Assembly (NCBI GenBank): GCA_965203315.1
Contig: CBDBCE010000004.1
Coordinates: 224,001-288,000, forward strand
Direction of reading: 5' to 3'
DNA length: 64,000 bases
From: Nitrosopumilus sp.
GTDB lineage: Archaea > Thermoproteota > Nitrososphaeria > Nitrososphaerales > Nitrosopumilaceae
Shown: positions 26,394 to 36,022 of the stretch, piece after piece
How positions within the stretch are numbered: the stretch's first letter is position 1
Layout of the letters: each line of letters opens with the position of its first letter
Notes under the pieces: generated by a model
The model's input: only the letters and a program-made list of their open reading frames with translations
What the model was told of the DNA's origin: nothing
Database searches by the model: none
Made by a program: the position numbers and the translations under genes

Positions 26394-28338
26394 CTAGAGT
26401 CACTAAATGATGGCAAGATTTGTTGTAAACATTGTGGCACACTAGAGACTGTAAAAAATGGCATCAGACCTAACAAAAATTATGATAATCAAAAATATTA
26501 CTGCAAGATATGCGAGGTATCGTTTTCTGGAAATGTGGGATTTGAGGGACTAGCCGCGTCACCAGAGCATGTAACTGATGCAATACATTTACATCTTACA
26601 GGATCTAGCTTGAGTGAAGTCGTACAATTTTTGGCAAAGAAAGGTGTCAAAGTTGGGTGTACCACCATTCACGACTGGACTGTAAGATACGTCAAATTGA
26701 TGGATGAGTACATTTCAACACTCGCACCTCAAATTGGTGAGATATATCATGCTGATGAAGTGTGGTTCGAGATCAATGGCAAACTGCATTATCTCTTTGC
26801 GATGCTGGATCGTAAAACAAGGTTTTGGCTAGGCAGTCAAGTTGGCAAGAAGAAAAATAAAGCACAAGTCAATAAATTATTTAAAGAAGCAGAAAAGATT
26901 GCACAAAAAACACCATCTGTGCTGATAACTGATGGCGCAGCTTGTTATGAAGCATCGTTTAAGAAGATATTTGCAAAAGCAAAATCAGGCAAGTCATCTA
27001 TTCACATTAGAGAAATTCACATGGCAGGTGATCATGTACACAACAATGAGATTGAGAGTTTTAATGGAAAGTTTAGACATGTTGAACAAAAAATCAAAGG
27101 CTTCAAAAATGCTTTTCTTATTAGTGGAATTAGAATACATTACAATTACATTAGACCACATATGGGTTTAAACAGTGACACACCAGCCGACAGAGCTGGA
27201 ATTATCATAAAAGGAGCAAATAAATGGCGCACATTAATACTGAACGCAGTGAAAACTCTGTATAATTTTAAATTTGTCTAGTAAATTCTAACAGAATTAA
27301 ATAACAAGTGTTTTTTTAATTGACATTTTAATACAAAGTTTGAATATTTCGCTTCAATAATTCCATCAAGTCTTGCAATGATGAGTCTGTAAAAAAATCC
27401 ATCCAACGTAAATCGAAAAGATCCCTTTCATGTTTCCAGTAGGGGGTCTAGTATCTGATTTAACTATTTCGTCTATGTTCTTTTTCAACATCTTTATTGT
27501 TTTATCATGTAGGCACAAGCCAGAGTCCGAAATACATGCTCGTAAAAGTGTGTCATCGCTAACAACCCTTCGACCACATTCCTCTAACCAACTAAAGTAT
27601 TTTTGAGTGAATACTTTTATCATTTCTATCTCTGGCTTTGTACGCATATCTGTCGCGATCTCTACTATTCTATATCTAAAATGATGATGAGAATCCCATG
27701 CTAGTCCTTCATCGTCAGTCCAATAGTCTTCTGCATGTTCAAGGTCATATTCATTTGCATTAACATTGCGCTCATCAACATATTCACTCAATCTTTTAGC
27801 AATCTTGTTGGGGTCTTCTTTACGCAGTTCAGTGTACGAACAACTCTCGTCGTCTTCATGTTTACAAGGTTTCACTCTAGGCTAGACTTGGTACTATACA
27901 CATTATTAGTATTTCGTCACTATTCTAGTGGATATTGTGACAATTACACAAACTCTGGAAACTAACAATAAACCCAAAAAACATACATTTATGATCTAGA
28001 AAATACTTTTAGCTATTCGGTGGGTGGACTTGGTCAATATGACAATCTCGCAGATATAATCAATTTAATATGAGGCCAAGATTTGTGCTAATTAATAATA
28101 CCATTAAATCAAAAATCTTCCAATTTCACAACTGTTGAGTCAATACCTGTCTCTAACTCATGTCTACAACTACACGTTGTGGTATGTTTAGCATGTTTGA
28201 TGAAAATTTGACCACATATCTACTGATCCGATATTTGACCAAGTTAATCTGTGGATTGGTGACTATCTCACCTCTGTCTTTTAAACTAGCCTGTCCTGAT
28301 CTGTAAGCATAAATACCACTCACCGTTGATTGTGATCT

Positions 28339-28950
28339 ATGTCAAAACTCGTAATGTCGTATCCGGGATATGTCTGTGCACCATATCTGCATAACCATGA
28401 CTCTGTTGAGTTAAAGGAGACATGGCTCAAGTCTACAAATATAAAAAAACTGTTCTTTGTGACGGGAACATTCTCTAATGAGAGCAAGCCGTTCTTTACT
28501 GCGTCTGCTAATCACTATCTCCTTGCAAAATTTAAAGACAATGCCAAGATTGTCAAAGATCTAGACAGATACAATCAAAGCAAGATGACGTTTGTATTTG
28601 ATATACGTGATGAACTCTTTGAGCGTCAAGTACAAGGCAATGCCAATCTTATCTCTATGTACTATTTGGATTATGGGACAAAAGATGATGATCTAAATGA
28701 GATTGCCAACCTCTTACTAAAACGAGAAAAGATAGCTAGGGCGGGATTTGGTAGCCTGAGTACATTTTGTACTGTTCCTTCTAAATTCACATTTCCTTAT
28801 ACTGACAATGTGGTTGTAATAGAGGTCGTTGGAGAGAAGGGCTATCCTAGTGTCAACAAGTACTGTGAACAGACTCGCAGAGATGCAAATCGAAAGGGAC
28901 TAACCATGACAAATATGTTGAGCTTGTCACTCTTGGATCATCTAAAATGA
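28339..28950 (+). CDS. Hypothetical protein (backbone)
   Basis: 203-aa ORF with host-like composition; upstream TATA-like box. Confidence 0.7.
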   Translation: MSKLVMSYPGYVCAPYLHNHDSVELKETWLKSTNIKKLFFVTGTFSNESKPFFTASANHYLLAKFKDNAKIVKDLDRYNQSKMTFVFDIRDELFERQVQGNANLISMYYLDYGTKDDDLNEIANLLLKREKIARAGFGSLSTFCTVPSKFTFPYTDNVVVIEVVGEKGYPSVNKYCEQTRRDANRKGLTMTNMLSLSLLDHLK

Positions 28951-29017
28951 TCTATTCTGTTGGAGTGTCTGCGTCATCTTTCAAAGGGTTAAATATTCCA
29001 CTAGAGTCTGACTTGAC

Positions 29018-29428
29018 ATGAGCAAGCCCTCTGATCTAGGTTCATTAAAGATTGGTTCATACATACTATTACCTCACTCTGATCAACCTAGTGGCGAACC
29101 TTGTCGTATAGTTGAATATGATACATCAAAACCAGGCAAGCACGGTGCTGCAAAAGCTAGAATTGTTGCAGAAGGAATCTTTGATAAACAGAAACGTCCT
29201 CATGTAGGTCCTGTAAGTATGCAAGTTCATGTTCCGATGATCAACAAAAAGATGGGTCAGATCATCTCTATCAACGGTGACATAGTTCAGGTAATGGACT
29301 CTGAGACCTTTGAGACTATTGATATAACATTAATTGATGATGATGTACAAGGCAAGCTAGAGAACGGTCAAAATGTCGAATATTGGCTGGTCATGGATAA
29401 GACTAAAATTATGCGTATAAAGAACTAG
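29018..29428 (+). CDS. eif5a: Translation factor aIF-5A
   Basis: SKPGKHGAAK hypusine motif. Confidence 0.97.
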   Translation: MSKPSDLGSLKIGSYILLPHSDQPSGEPCRIVEYDTSKPGKHGAAKARIVAEGIFDKQKRPHVGPVSMQVHVPMINKKMGQIISINGDIVQVMDSETFETIDITLIDDDVQGKLENGQNVEYWLVMDKTKIMRIKN

Positions 29429-29517
29429 ATGCGGATGCTGATGATGACTGGAAAAGCCGTCTGAGTTTTGATGAAGATTATGAGTAATGAAGCATCCCAA
29501 CCAGAGTCTGTTCTGCT

Positions 29518-30207
29518 ATGAAGTTGGCAGCCCTCTTTTCAGGCGGTAAAGACAGTACATATGCATTACATGTATCTAATAGTCTTGGACATCAAGTAAA
29601 GTGTCTATTGAGCATATCTCCCAAGTCTGACTCTAGCATGCTACTTCACTATCCTAACATAGATCTGACATCTATGCAGGCGAAACTCTTGAATATACCT
29701 CATCTGTATGCGTCATCTGACTCTGATGATACAGATGAACAGATCGCATCTCTAGAATCACTACTACTCCAAGCCAAGAGAGACTATGATGTTAAAGGTC
29801 TAGTCCATGGAGGAATAGCAAGCAGATTTCAACTATGTAACTTTGAGTCGGTCTGCTCTAAGATTGGACTAGAGGTACTATCTCCTCTATGGGGACTAGA
29901 TGCATATCAATACATGCACGATCTGATCACTGGAGGTTTTGTGTATATCATAACATCTGTATCTGCTGACGGCCTAGATCAACGATGGTTAGGTCGGGCA
30001 ATAACATTAGACGAACTTGATGATCTAGCAGTATTGTCCAAAAAGTTTGGGTTCAATCTAAACTTTGAGGGTGGTGAGGCAGAGACACTAGTGCTCTCAT
30101 GTCCTCTGTTTAATGGTAGTATCAGAGTATCTCACTCTCAGATATACTGGGATGGATACATAGGAAGGTTTGAAATATTGGACGCGTACACAACGTATGA
30201 TGCTTGA
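29518..30207 (+). CDS. dph6: Diphthine-ammonia ligase
   Basis: LFSGGKDS PP-loop, EGGEAET. Confidence 0.9.
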   Translation: MKLAALFSGGKDSTYALHVSNSLGHQVKCLLSISPKSDSSMLLHYPNIDLTSMQAKLLNIPHLYASSDSDDTDEQIASLESLLLQAKRDYDVKGLVHGGIASRFQLCNFESVCSKIGLEVLSPLWGLDAYQYMHDLITGGFVYIITSVSADGLDQRWLGRAITLDELDDLAVLSKKFGFNLNFEGGEAETLVLSCPLFNGSIRVSHSQIYWDGYIGRFEILDAYTTYDA

Positions 30208-31525
30208 TCAACTAAAGAACAATCTGAGTGCTGCAATCAAACGTGTTGTAAAGTCTTCCGGCGTTGATGAAGAACTCGTAAAAGATCTAGCACATGATGT
30301 CCAGTCGGCATTGTTACGTTCTGATGTAGATGTGATGTTGGTGTCAACGATATCAAAGAATCTGACACATAGAGCCCTAAACGAGAAACTTCCTCCAGGC
30401 TTGTCTAGAAAGGATCACATAGTCAAGATCCTATACGACGAACTCACAAAGCTCTTGGGTACAGAGTCCAACTTTGAGTTCAAGCCAGGCAAGCAGAACA
30501 AGATAGTCCTACTCGGAATTCAAGGAAGTGGCAAGACCACTGTTGCATCCAAACTTGCAAAGTTTCTGACTAGGCAGGGTTACGCTGTTGGGGTGATCGG
30601 CGCTGATACGTATAGGCCTGGAGCTCTAGTTCAACTACAGACAATGTGCGAGAGAGCAAAGGTTGAGGTATATGGTGAGCCGAACAGTAAAGATTCACCT
30701 GGAATAGTAAAGAATGGTCTCGCTCACTTTGCAGATGAGCCACTAGACGTAATCTTGATCGATACAGCTGGGAGGCACAAACAAGAGCAAGACTTGCTTG
30801 ACGAGATGCAAAAGATCGATGCTGTAGCTGATCCAGATCTGGCCCTGCTTGTCATAGATGGAACGATAGGCCAAACATGTTTTAAACAAGCTGAAGCATT
30901 TCACAAGACGATACGTGTTGGTGGCATAGTCGTTACAAAGCTAGATAGTTCTGCCAACGGTGGAGGTGCTCTTGCTGCATCTGCTGCGACCGGAGCTCGC
31001 GTCATGTATATTGGAACTGGTGAACGAATAGACGATCTAGAAAAGTTCTCTCCTACTAGATTTGTAGGTAGACTACTTGGGATGGGTGATGTTCAAGCGA
31101 TTCTAGATCTAGCGAAGCGACTCGAAGATGAGAGTGATGATGTAAGGATGAAACGCATCATGCATGGCAAGATGAACATGGATGACTTTTTGTATCAGAT
31201 TGAAGAGATCACAAAGTCTGGATCGCTCCAGTCTATTCTTGAGAGTATGCCTGGTCTCTCTGGTATGGTAAAAGCAGATCAAACAGAACAGATGGAAGAT
31301 AACATATCAAAGTGGCGATACATAATTCAAAGCATGAACAATGACGAAAAGGCCAACCCTGATATCATCAATGCATCTAGAGTGAAACGTATCGCACGAG
31401 GATCCGGATGGTCTGAGAGTGATGTCAAGACTCTGCTACAGAGATACAAGTCTTCCAAAAAGATAATGAAGTCTGCCAAAGGACGTCAGATGCAAGGAGC
31501 ACTCAAACGAATGGGTCTGGGATGA
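30200..31525 (+). CDS. srp54: Signal recognition particle protein SRP54
   Basis: GIQGSGKTT, DTAGR, TKLD, M domain with RIARGSG. Confidence 0.97.
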   Translation: MLDQLKNNLSAAIKRVVKSSGVDEELVKDLAHDVQSALLRSDVDVMLVSTISKNLTHRALNEKLPPGLSRKDHIVKILYDELTKLLGTESNFEFKPGKQNKIVLLGIQGSGKTTVASKLAKFLTRQGYAVGVIGADTYRPGALVQLQTMCERAKVEVYGEPNSKDSPGIVKNGLAHFADEPLDVILIDTAGRHKQEQDLLDEMQKIDAVADPDLALLVIDGTIGQTCFKQAEAFHKTIRVGGIVVTKLDSSANGGGALAASAATGARVMYIGTGERIDDLEKFSPTRFVGRLLGMGDVQAILDLAKRLEDESDDVRMKRIMHGKMNMDDFLYQIEEITKSGSLQSILESMPGLSGMVKADQTEQMEDNISKWRYIIQSMNNDEKANPDIINASRVKRIARGSGWSESDVKTLLQRYKSSKKIMKSAKGRQMQGALKRMGLG

Positions 31526-32673
31526 CTATACCCAATGATATAGTCTCTTTAGCAAAAGATATCCAAGATAGATATCCTCTCTGTGATCAATGTTTGGGTC
31601 GCCTGTTTGCAAAGAAACTGCACCGCAAGTCTAATCGTCTCTTGGGTCAAAGATTGCGTACACGACACGAGCGTTGCTACATATGTAGAGACACCTTTGA
31701 TAATCTGAACTACTATCTAGACATGATGATACGATCTTTGCAATCAATATCGTTCTCAACATTTAGTATAGGTACAATAATCAAACCATCATTTGCTGAT
31801 CGTGACGATCAAGTACGTTCCAAGTATCATCTACAAGGGATAGATAGTCTCAAGTCTGATATCACTGCGACCCTTGCAAAGTTCTTTGCAAGACGTACAA
31901 GAAAATGTCTAGATCTCTTGGACCCGGATATCACGATCACGATCAACCTCAAAACAACCAGTTGTGACGTCCGCTCCAAGTATGTTGTACTTGGGGGCGA
32001 GTACCTTAAACTAGAACGTAATATACCTCAACGTCAAAGTCCATGTCCAAACTGTTCTCGAAAGGGATGCCGTACATGTAACAATCATGGAATCAACAAG
32101 TTTGATAGCGTTGAGGGTTTTATATCTAGACTCGTCTTTGAGCGACTCGGTGGAACTGTGGCCAAGTTTATTTGGGTTGGGGGCGAAGATAGGACTAGTC
32201 TCGTACTTGCAAGACGTCCATTCTATATCAAATTATGTAATCCTCAGAGACGGACTCTCGAGTCAATCGATATGATCACCGACTCTATTCATGTCTATAA
32301 TCTACGTACTATACCATCTCTCCCAAAACAACCGATACAGTTTCGATCAACTTGTCGTGCTCTTGTATGTACAAATGACATCATCGACTCTACAGTACTG
32401 CAAAGACTCACTACCTTGACCAAGCAACAGATCATCGTATATTCAAGATCTGGCAAGCGTAAAACAAAGACCATTCACTCGTTACGTTACAGACGTAGAT
32501 CTGATAGAGAGTTTCTACTCACAATCGACATAGATGGTGGACTATCAATCAAACGACTCATCACAGGTGATGATGTCTCGCCTAGCGTTAGTTCTATCTT
32601 GGGCATGTCATGTCATGTAAAACACATTGATATCATTGGCACGAATATAATAGATAATAACAATTTTAACTAA
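31522..32673 (+). CDS. pus10: tRNA pseudouridine synthase Pus10-like
   Basis: N-terminal CDQCLGR, THUMP-like region, GEYLKL.R.IPQ, GGED, DGGLSIK. Confidence 0.85.
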   Translation: MTIPNDIVSLAKDIQDRYPLCDQCLGRLFAKKLHRKSNRLLGQRLRTRHERCYICRDTFDNLNYYLDMMIRSLQSISFSTFSIGTIIKPSFADRDDQVRSKYHLQGIDSLKSDITATLAKFFARRTRKCLDLLDPDITITINLKTTSCDVRSKYVVLGGEYLKLERNIPQRQSPCPNCSRKGCRTCNNHGINKFDSVEGFISRLVFERLGGTVAKFIWVGGEDRTSLVLARRPFYIKLCNPQRRTLESIDMITDSIHVYNLRTIPSLPKQPIQFRSTCRALVCTNDIIDSTVLQRLTTLTKQQIIVYSRSGKRKTKTIHSLRYRRRSDREFLLTIDIDGGLSIKRLITGDDVSPSVSSILGMSCHVKHIDIIGTNIIDNNNFN

Positions 32674-32691
32674 TCTCAAGTAAAATACACT

Positions 32692-32784
32692 ATGCCATTG
32701 AGAAAGAAAGGTAAACATCAAAGACGCGCCGATCAACGTGCAAAGACGCGAAGAGTAAAAAAGACTGGCAAACCACGTTCATAA
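32692..32784 (+). CDS. Very basic 30-aa protein (not in the ORF track)
   Basis: MPLRKKGKHQRRADQRAKTRRVKKTGKPRS; fills the gap between pus10 and the next gene. Confidence 0.6.
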   Translation: MPLRKKGKHQRRADQRAKTRRVKKTGKPRS

Positions 32785-32796
32785 TCTCCAACTCTG

Positions 32797-33513
32797 GTGA
32801 TGATACTGGATCCTCTAGCTCGACTCAAAGATGCTCATACAAAGGGAGTCATACCTAATACTATCTATGATACCATTACAGAACGTTTCTCTATAATGGT
32901 TGGCGGTATCGATAGAATTGAAAAGGCTGCCAAGATGGCATACCCGATAGCATACGTAGAACCATCACTTATCATGTCTACTCCAAATCCTAACTCGTAT
33001 GGTTCTGCAATCTTTTTTGCACGAACCATTCCTATCATCCTCGATGAAAGGTTTAATGTTGTAGTACAAGTATCTGCTCCTCTCGTCTTGTGTGGTCTCA
33101 AAGGAACGATCCATGCAATTCTTGCTCACGAGTTTCTTCACTATCTTGAACTTGTACGCAAGATTGTAAAGATGGATATACTCTCTGATGAGATATCTGG
33201 AAATATCTTTGAGAATGTATATGCTGACGAGACAAGGCTCTTTGAACCCAGAGCAGTATTCTCGGATCAGACTCTGCTGTCACATATAACTAGACGATTT
33301 CCTGCTGGATTTAGAGATCATAAACTTGAAGACAAGGTCATAAAGCTTTGGTACGATCGAGGTCTTCCACGAACAGATATCGCTCTTGATACAAATACCA
33401 CTAGGATATCTGCTGACTCGATATCCAAGATAAGGTTCAAGCCAGAGATGGTTGCCAAGATCGACGAACTAGAGCAAAAGAGCATAAAGATTCGTAGGAG
33501 AAGACTCAGTTAA
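32797..33513 (+). CDS. Hypothetical protein with HExxH motif
   Basis: ILAHEFLHYLE. Confidence 0.7.
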   Translation: MMILDPLARLKDAHTKGVIPNTIYDTITERFSIMVGGIDRIEKAAKMAYPIAYVEPSLIMSTPNPNSYGSAIFFARTIPIILDERFNVVVQVSAPLVLCGLKGTIHAILAHEFLHYLELVRKIVKMDILSDEISGNIFENVYADETRLFEPRAVFSDQTLLSHITRRFPAGFRDHKLEDKVIKLWYDRGLPRTDIALDTNTTRISADSISKIRFKPEMVAKIDELEQKSIKIRRRRLS

Positions 33514-33676
33514 ATTCCGTCAGTCCACATCTCCCACAAGTGTGTCTGTCCTTGTGGTTTGACATGAATACTCCCTTTCCACAACGCGAGCATATCTTTC
33601 TTTGATGTGTGGTCGTCTCTCCTTCAACTTTGTAATACGTGTGGATCTTTGGACTGTATCCCTTTCTACCTGCCAT
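33506..33676 (-). CDS. rps27ae: 30S ribosomal protein S27ae (not in the ORF track)
   Basis: YYKVEG..CSRCGKGVFMSNHKDRHTCGRCG; overlaps the S24e stop codon. Confidence 0.95.
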   Translation of the reverse strand: MAGRKGYSPKIHTYYKVEGETTTHQRKICSRCGKGVFMSNHKDRHTCGRCGLTEFN

Positions 33677-34008
33677 CATTTGGCCTCCTCTGTTTGAGGC
33701 GTCTCTTTGGACTCTGCTAGTTTTGCTTTGGATCTTTCTAGTCTTGTAAATACGGTTGGATTGACATGACGTTTTGCCAAAGCCTCGTCATCATATACAT
33801 AAAACGTTCCAGTAACACCTTGTTGTCCTACACGAGTTCGTAGGTTTATAGGAATCACAAACTTGCTAGCCAGATCAAACTCTTTTACAATCATGCTTAT
33901 GGCATCTAGCTTTCCGAGTTGTCCACCTAGACCAGCAAAGTTGCACACAATCTCTCTCCTTGAGAGAAAGGTATTGTTTACATCCGTTATGGTCTCAATC
34001 ATTGACAT
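33676..34008 (-). CDS. rps24e: 30S ribosomal protein S24e
   Basis: NTFLSRREI..G.FYVYDD; adjacent to S27ae. Confidence 0.9.
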   Translation of the reverse strand: MSMIETITDVNNTFLSRREIVCNFAGLGGQLGKLDAISMIVKEFDLASKFVIPINLRTRVGQQGVTGTFYVYDDEALAKRHVNPTVFTRLERSKAKLAESKETPQTEEAK

Positions 34009-34413
34009 GTACTCAAATTTTTTAGATATTTTATATAAATCTTGATTGATGATTCTAACGTGATCTGACGCACTAGATCATAGGACTTACACATCTCTAG
34101 TTTAGACGTTCATCTTACAATATGGAACAACTATTTTATATAGTCACGAACGGAATTGTTTTCTTGTTTACTCCTGCATATGTGTGGTCAGAGACGGAAT
34201 TTGCCTCTGGCAGAAGATGACACCAAATTGTGATACAACACTAGGAAAATTATTATGTTCACGACTATACAATCCATAATCTTGTACAATCCATGAATGT
34301 CTAAATCGCATATTGACGTTGATGTGCTAGTGTGTCTAAAAGTCAGTTTTGAAACTTTATGATTTGTATTGATTGCATTTGTCTTGTATGAACGTGTTAT
34401 ACTCCAATCTGAC

Positions 34414-35411
34414 TGTCTTAGACGGAAATCATTTCATATATAAACTCGAAATAAAACCATTGGTAAAGGATGCTGAATGAAAAACAAATAGCGTATATAA
34501 TTAGAGAAATGCGTAAAGGCACAAGCTCATCCATCATAGCAGAGAGAATGAAGGTAACTCCCAGACGTGTGTATCAAATTTATGAATATTATATTCAGAC
34601 AGGTTCAGTTCCAAAACAGCTCAATGCAGGAAGACCAAAGATAGAACCAACACCAAAACAGATTCAAATTGTAACTGCAGCATACAATGATGATCCTCGA
34701 GGTGCTATTTTTATTGCAAAACATCTGCGCTCTGCCCGCATACAAATAAGCTACAACACTGTAAAGAAGATCATGAAAGCAAAAGGTTTAGCATCTCCAG
34801 CATCTACAAACCGAACGCGTCACAAATGGATTCGCTTTGAACGAAAGTACTCTAACGCAATGTGGCATGTAGACTGGCATGTCATAAAAGACTCCAGATG
34901 GCAAAATCTATACCTAATTTGCTACCTAGATGATGCATCCAGATGTATTACGGGCTTTGGAGTCTTTCAACATCCCACAACAGAGAATGCACTACTTGTA
35001 TTAGACAAAGCAATTAAGACGTTTGGAAGACCTGCACAGATACTATCTGATCATGGCCCCCAGTTTACATCTAACAAAGAACCAAAGAAAGGTAAAAAGA
35101 AACCTACGCACTTTGAAAGAGCTTTACAAAAGCGTAAAATTACTCACATACTTGCAGGAGTGGGTCGTCCACAAACCAATGGTAAGATAGAGAGATTCTT
35201 TGGAACATTTGAAAATGAGGTTGAACATCATGCCAGAATTGATGAATACATTAGTCATTACAATGAAAAAAGACCACACTTTGCTCTAGATATCGATAAC
35301 GGAGAAACACCGCTTATTGCTTTTAGAGCAAAACAAGCTAGTGCTGAGATTAGAAAAAACCCAAAATGGGCAGATCTTGACTTATATATGAAATGATTTC
35401 CGTCTAAGACA
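34414..35411 (+). mobile_element. IS481-family element, intact
   Basis: Perfect 30-bp TIR TGTCTTAGACGGAAATCATTTCATATATAA; 15-bp TSD ATACTCCAATCTGAC. Confidence 0.95.
34470..35396 (+). CDS. IS481-family (rve) transposase
   Basis: HTH, WHVD, DDASR, SDHGPQF, PQTNGKIERF, YNEKRPH. Confidence 0.93.
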   Translation: MLNEKQIAYIIREMRKGTSSSIIAERMKVTPRRVYQIYEYYIQTGSVPKQLNAGRPKIEPTPKQIQIVTAAYNDDPRGAIFIAKHLRSARIQISYNTVKKIMKAKGLASPASTNRTRHKWIRFERKYSNAMWHVDWHVIKDSRWQNLYLICYLDDASRCITGFGVFQHPTTENALLVLDKAIKTFGRPAQILSDHGPQFTSNKEPKKGKKKPTHFERALQKRKITHILAGVGRPQTNGKIERFFGTFENEVEHHARIDEYISHYNEKRPHFALDIDNGETPLIAFRAKQASAEIRKNPKWADLDLYMK

Positions 35412-35461
35412 ATACTCCAATCTGACGAAGAGATTTAAGAACTGTACATTGAACTAGAGAT

Positions 35462-36022
35462 ATGGAGCGATATATGGTCCATTTGAATAATACTAGCTAT
35501 CTACCATCTGATTCTCGTAAGATAGTGTACAAGGCAAGGGATCTTGTGTCTGGTATGTCTGCAACCATTAGAGTTGCTCGCATTGCTACAACGTTTGTAG
35601 AACTAGATGTGTCTGTTGCAGCTACAGACTTGGATGATCTATTGGAACATCTCTTGCCTATAGGTTCTGTCGATAATGTGCGACATGTAATGGAAGAAGA
35701 GATTGACAAGGAGCAAGGGATCAAAGATGGCGTCTATTACTTTAACAACGAGCGTTTCTGGGAGAGTCACGAGTCTTTTGAAGGAGTTTGGAAAAAGTGT
35801 TTTGGACGTGAGAAAGAGTTGGTTCAAGGAATAATTCTACTAGCTGTGGCATTTGCTCATGCGCAGAAAGACGAACCGGATATTGGTATGGGTGTGTTGA
35901 GGCGTGCATTAGAAAAGTTAGGTAACTCTCCTGCCGTATATCATAGTATCGATGTAGATCGTATACGAACCAAGACGCGTCACATGCAGCAATCCAACAA
36001 TCTAGCTATCTTTGAGATCTGA
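35462..36022 (+). CDS. DUF309-domain protein
   Basis: FNNERFWESHESFEGVW..QGIILLAVAF.H. Confidence 0.85.
   Translation: MERYMVHLNNTSYLPSDSRKIVYKARDLVSGMSATIRVARIATTFVELDVSVAATDLDDLLEHLLPIGSVDNVRHVMEEEIDKEQGIKDGVYYFNNERFWESHESFEGVWKKCFGREKELVQGIILLAVAFAHAQKDEPDIGMGVLRRALEKLGNSPAVYHSIDVDRIRTKTRHMQQSNNLAIFEI

Larger units (their letters stand above)
24636..27281 (+). pseudogene. IS6-family transposase split into 24636-24901 (SWIM) and 26402-27281 (zinc ribbon, HTH, DDE)
   Basis: CTC..CKH SWIM; CKHC/CKIC; ADE, ITDG, NNEIESFNG; halves join in frame as TTLES|LNDGKICC. Confidence 0.9.
24423..27424 (+). mobile_element. IS6-family element with a SWIM-zinc ribbon-DDE transposase; probable parent of MITE-A; interrupted by IS5
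   Basis: TIR GGATGTTTTCGATTTACGTTGGATGG / CCATCCAACGTAAATCGAAAAGATCC; perfect 8-bp TSD CTTTCATG. Confidence 0.92.
24281..27875 (-). pseudogene. Hypothetical gene split by the IS6 element
   Basis: ..RPPTGNMK| (27425 side) joins |VIERKIKKF.. (24422 side) in frame across the TSD. Confidence 0.8.

Noticed and set aside
14808-28300. The tRNA-like gene as the integration site of the island
   Set aside because: No duplicate of its 3' end and no integrase were found in the window.
34095-34345. Possible degenerate MITE upstream of IS481
   Set aside because: Only patchy inverted similarity, no TSD and no second copy seen.
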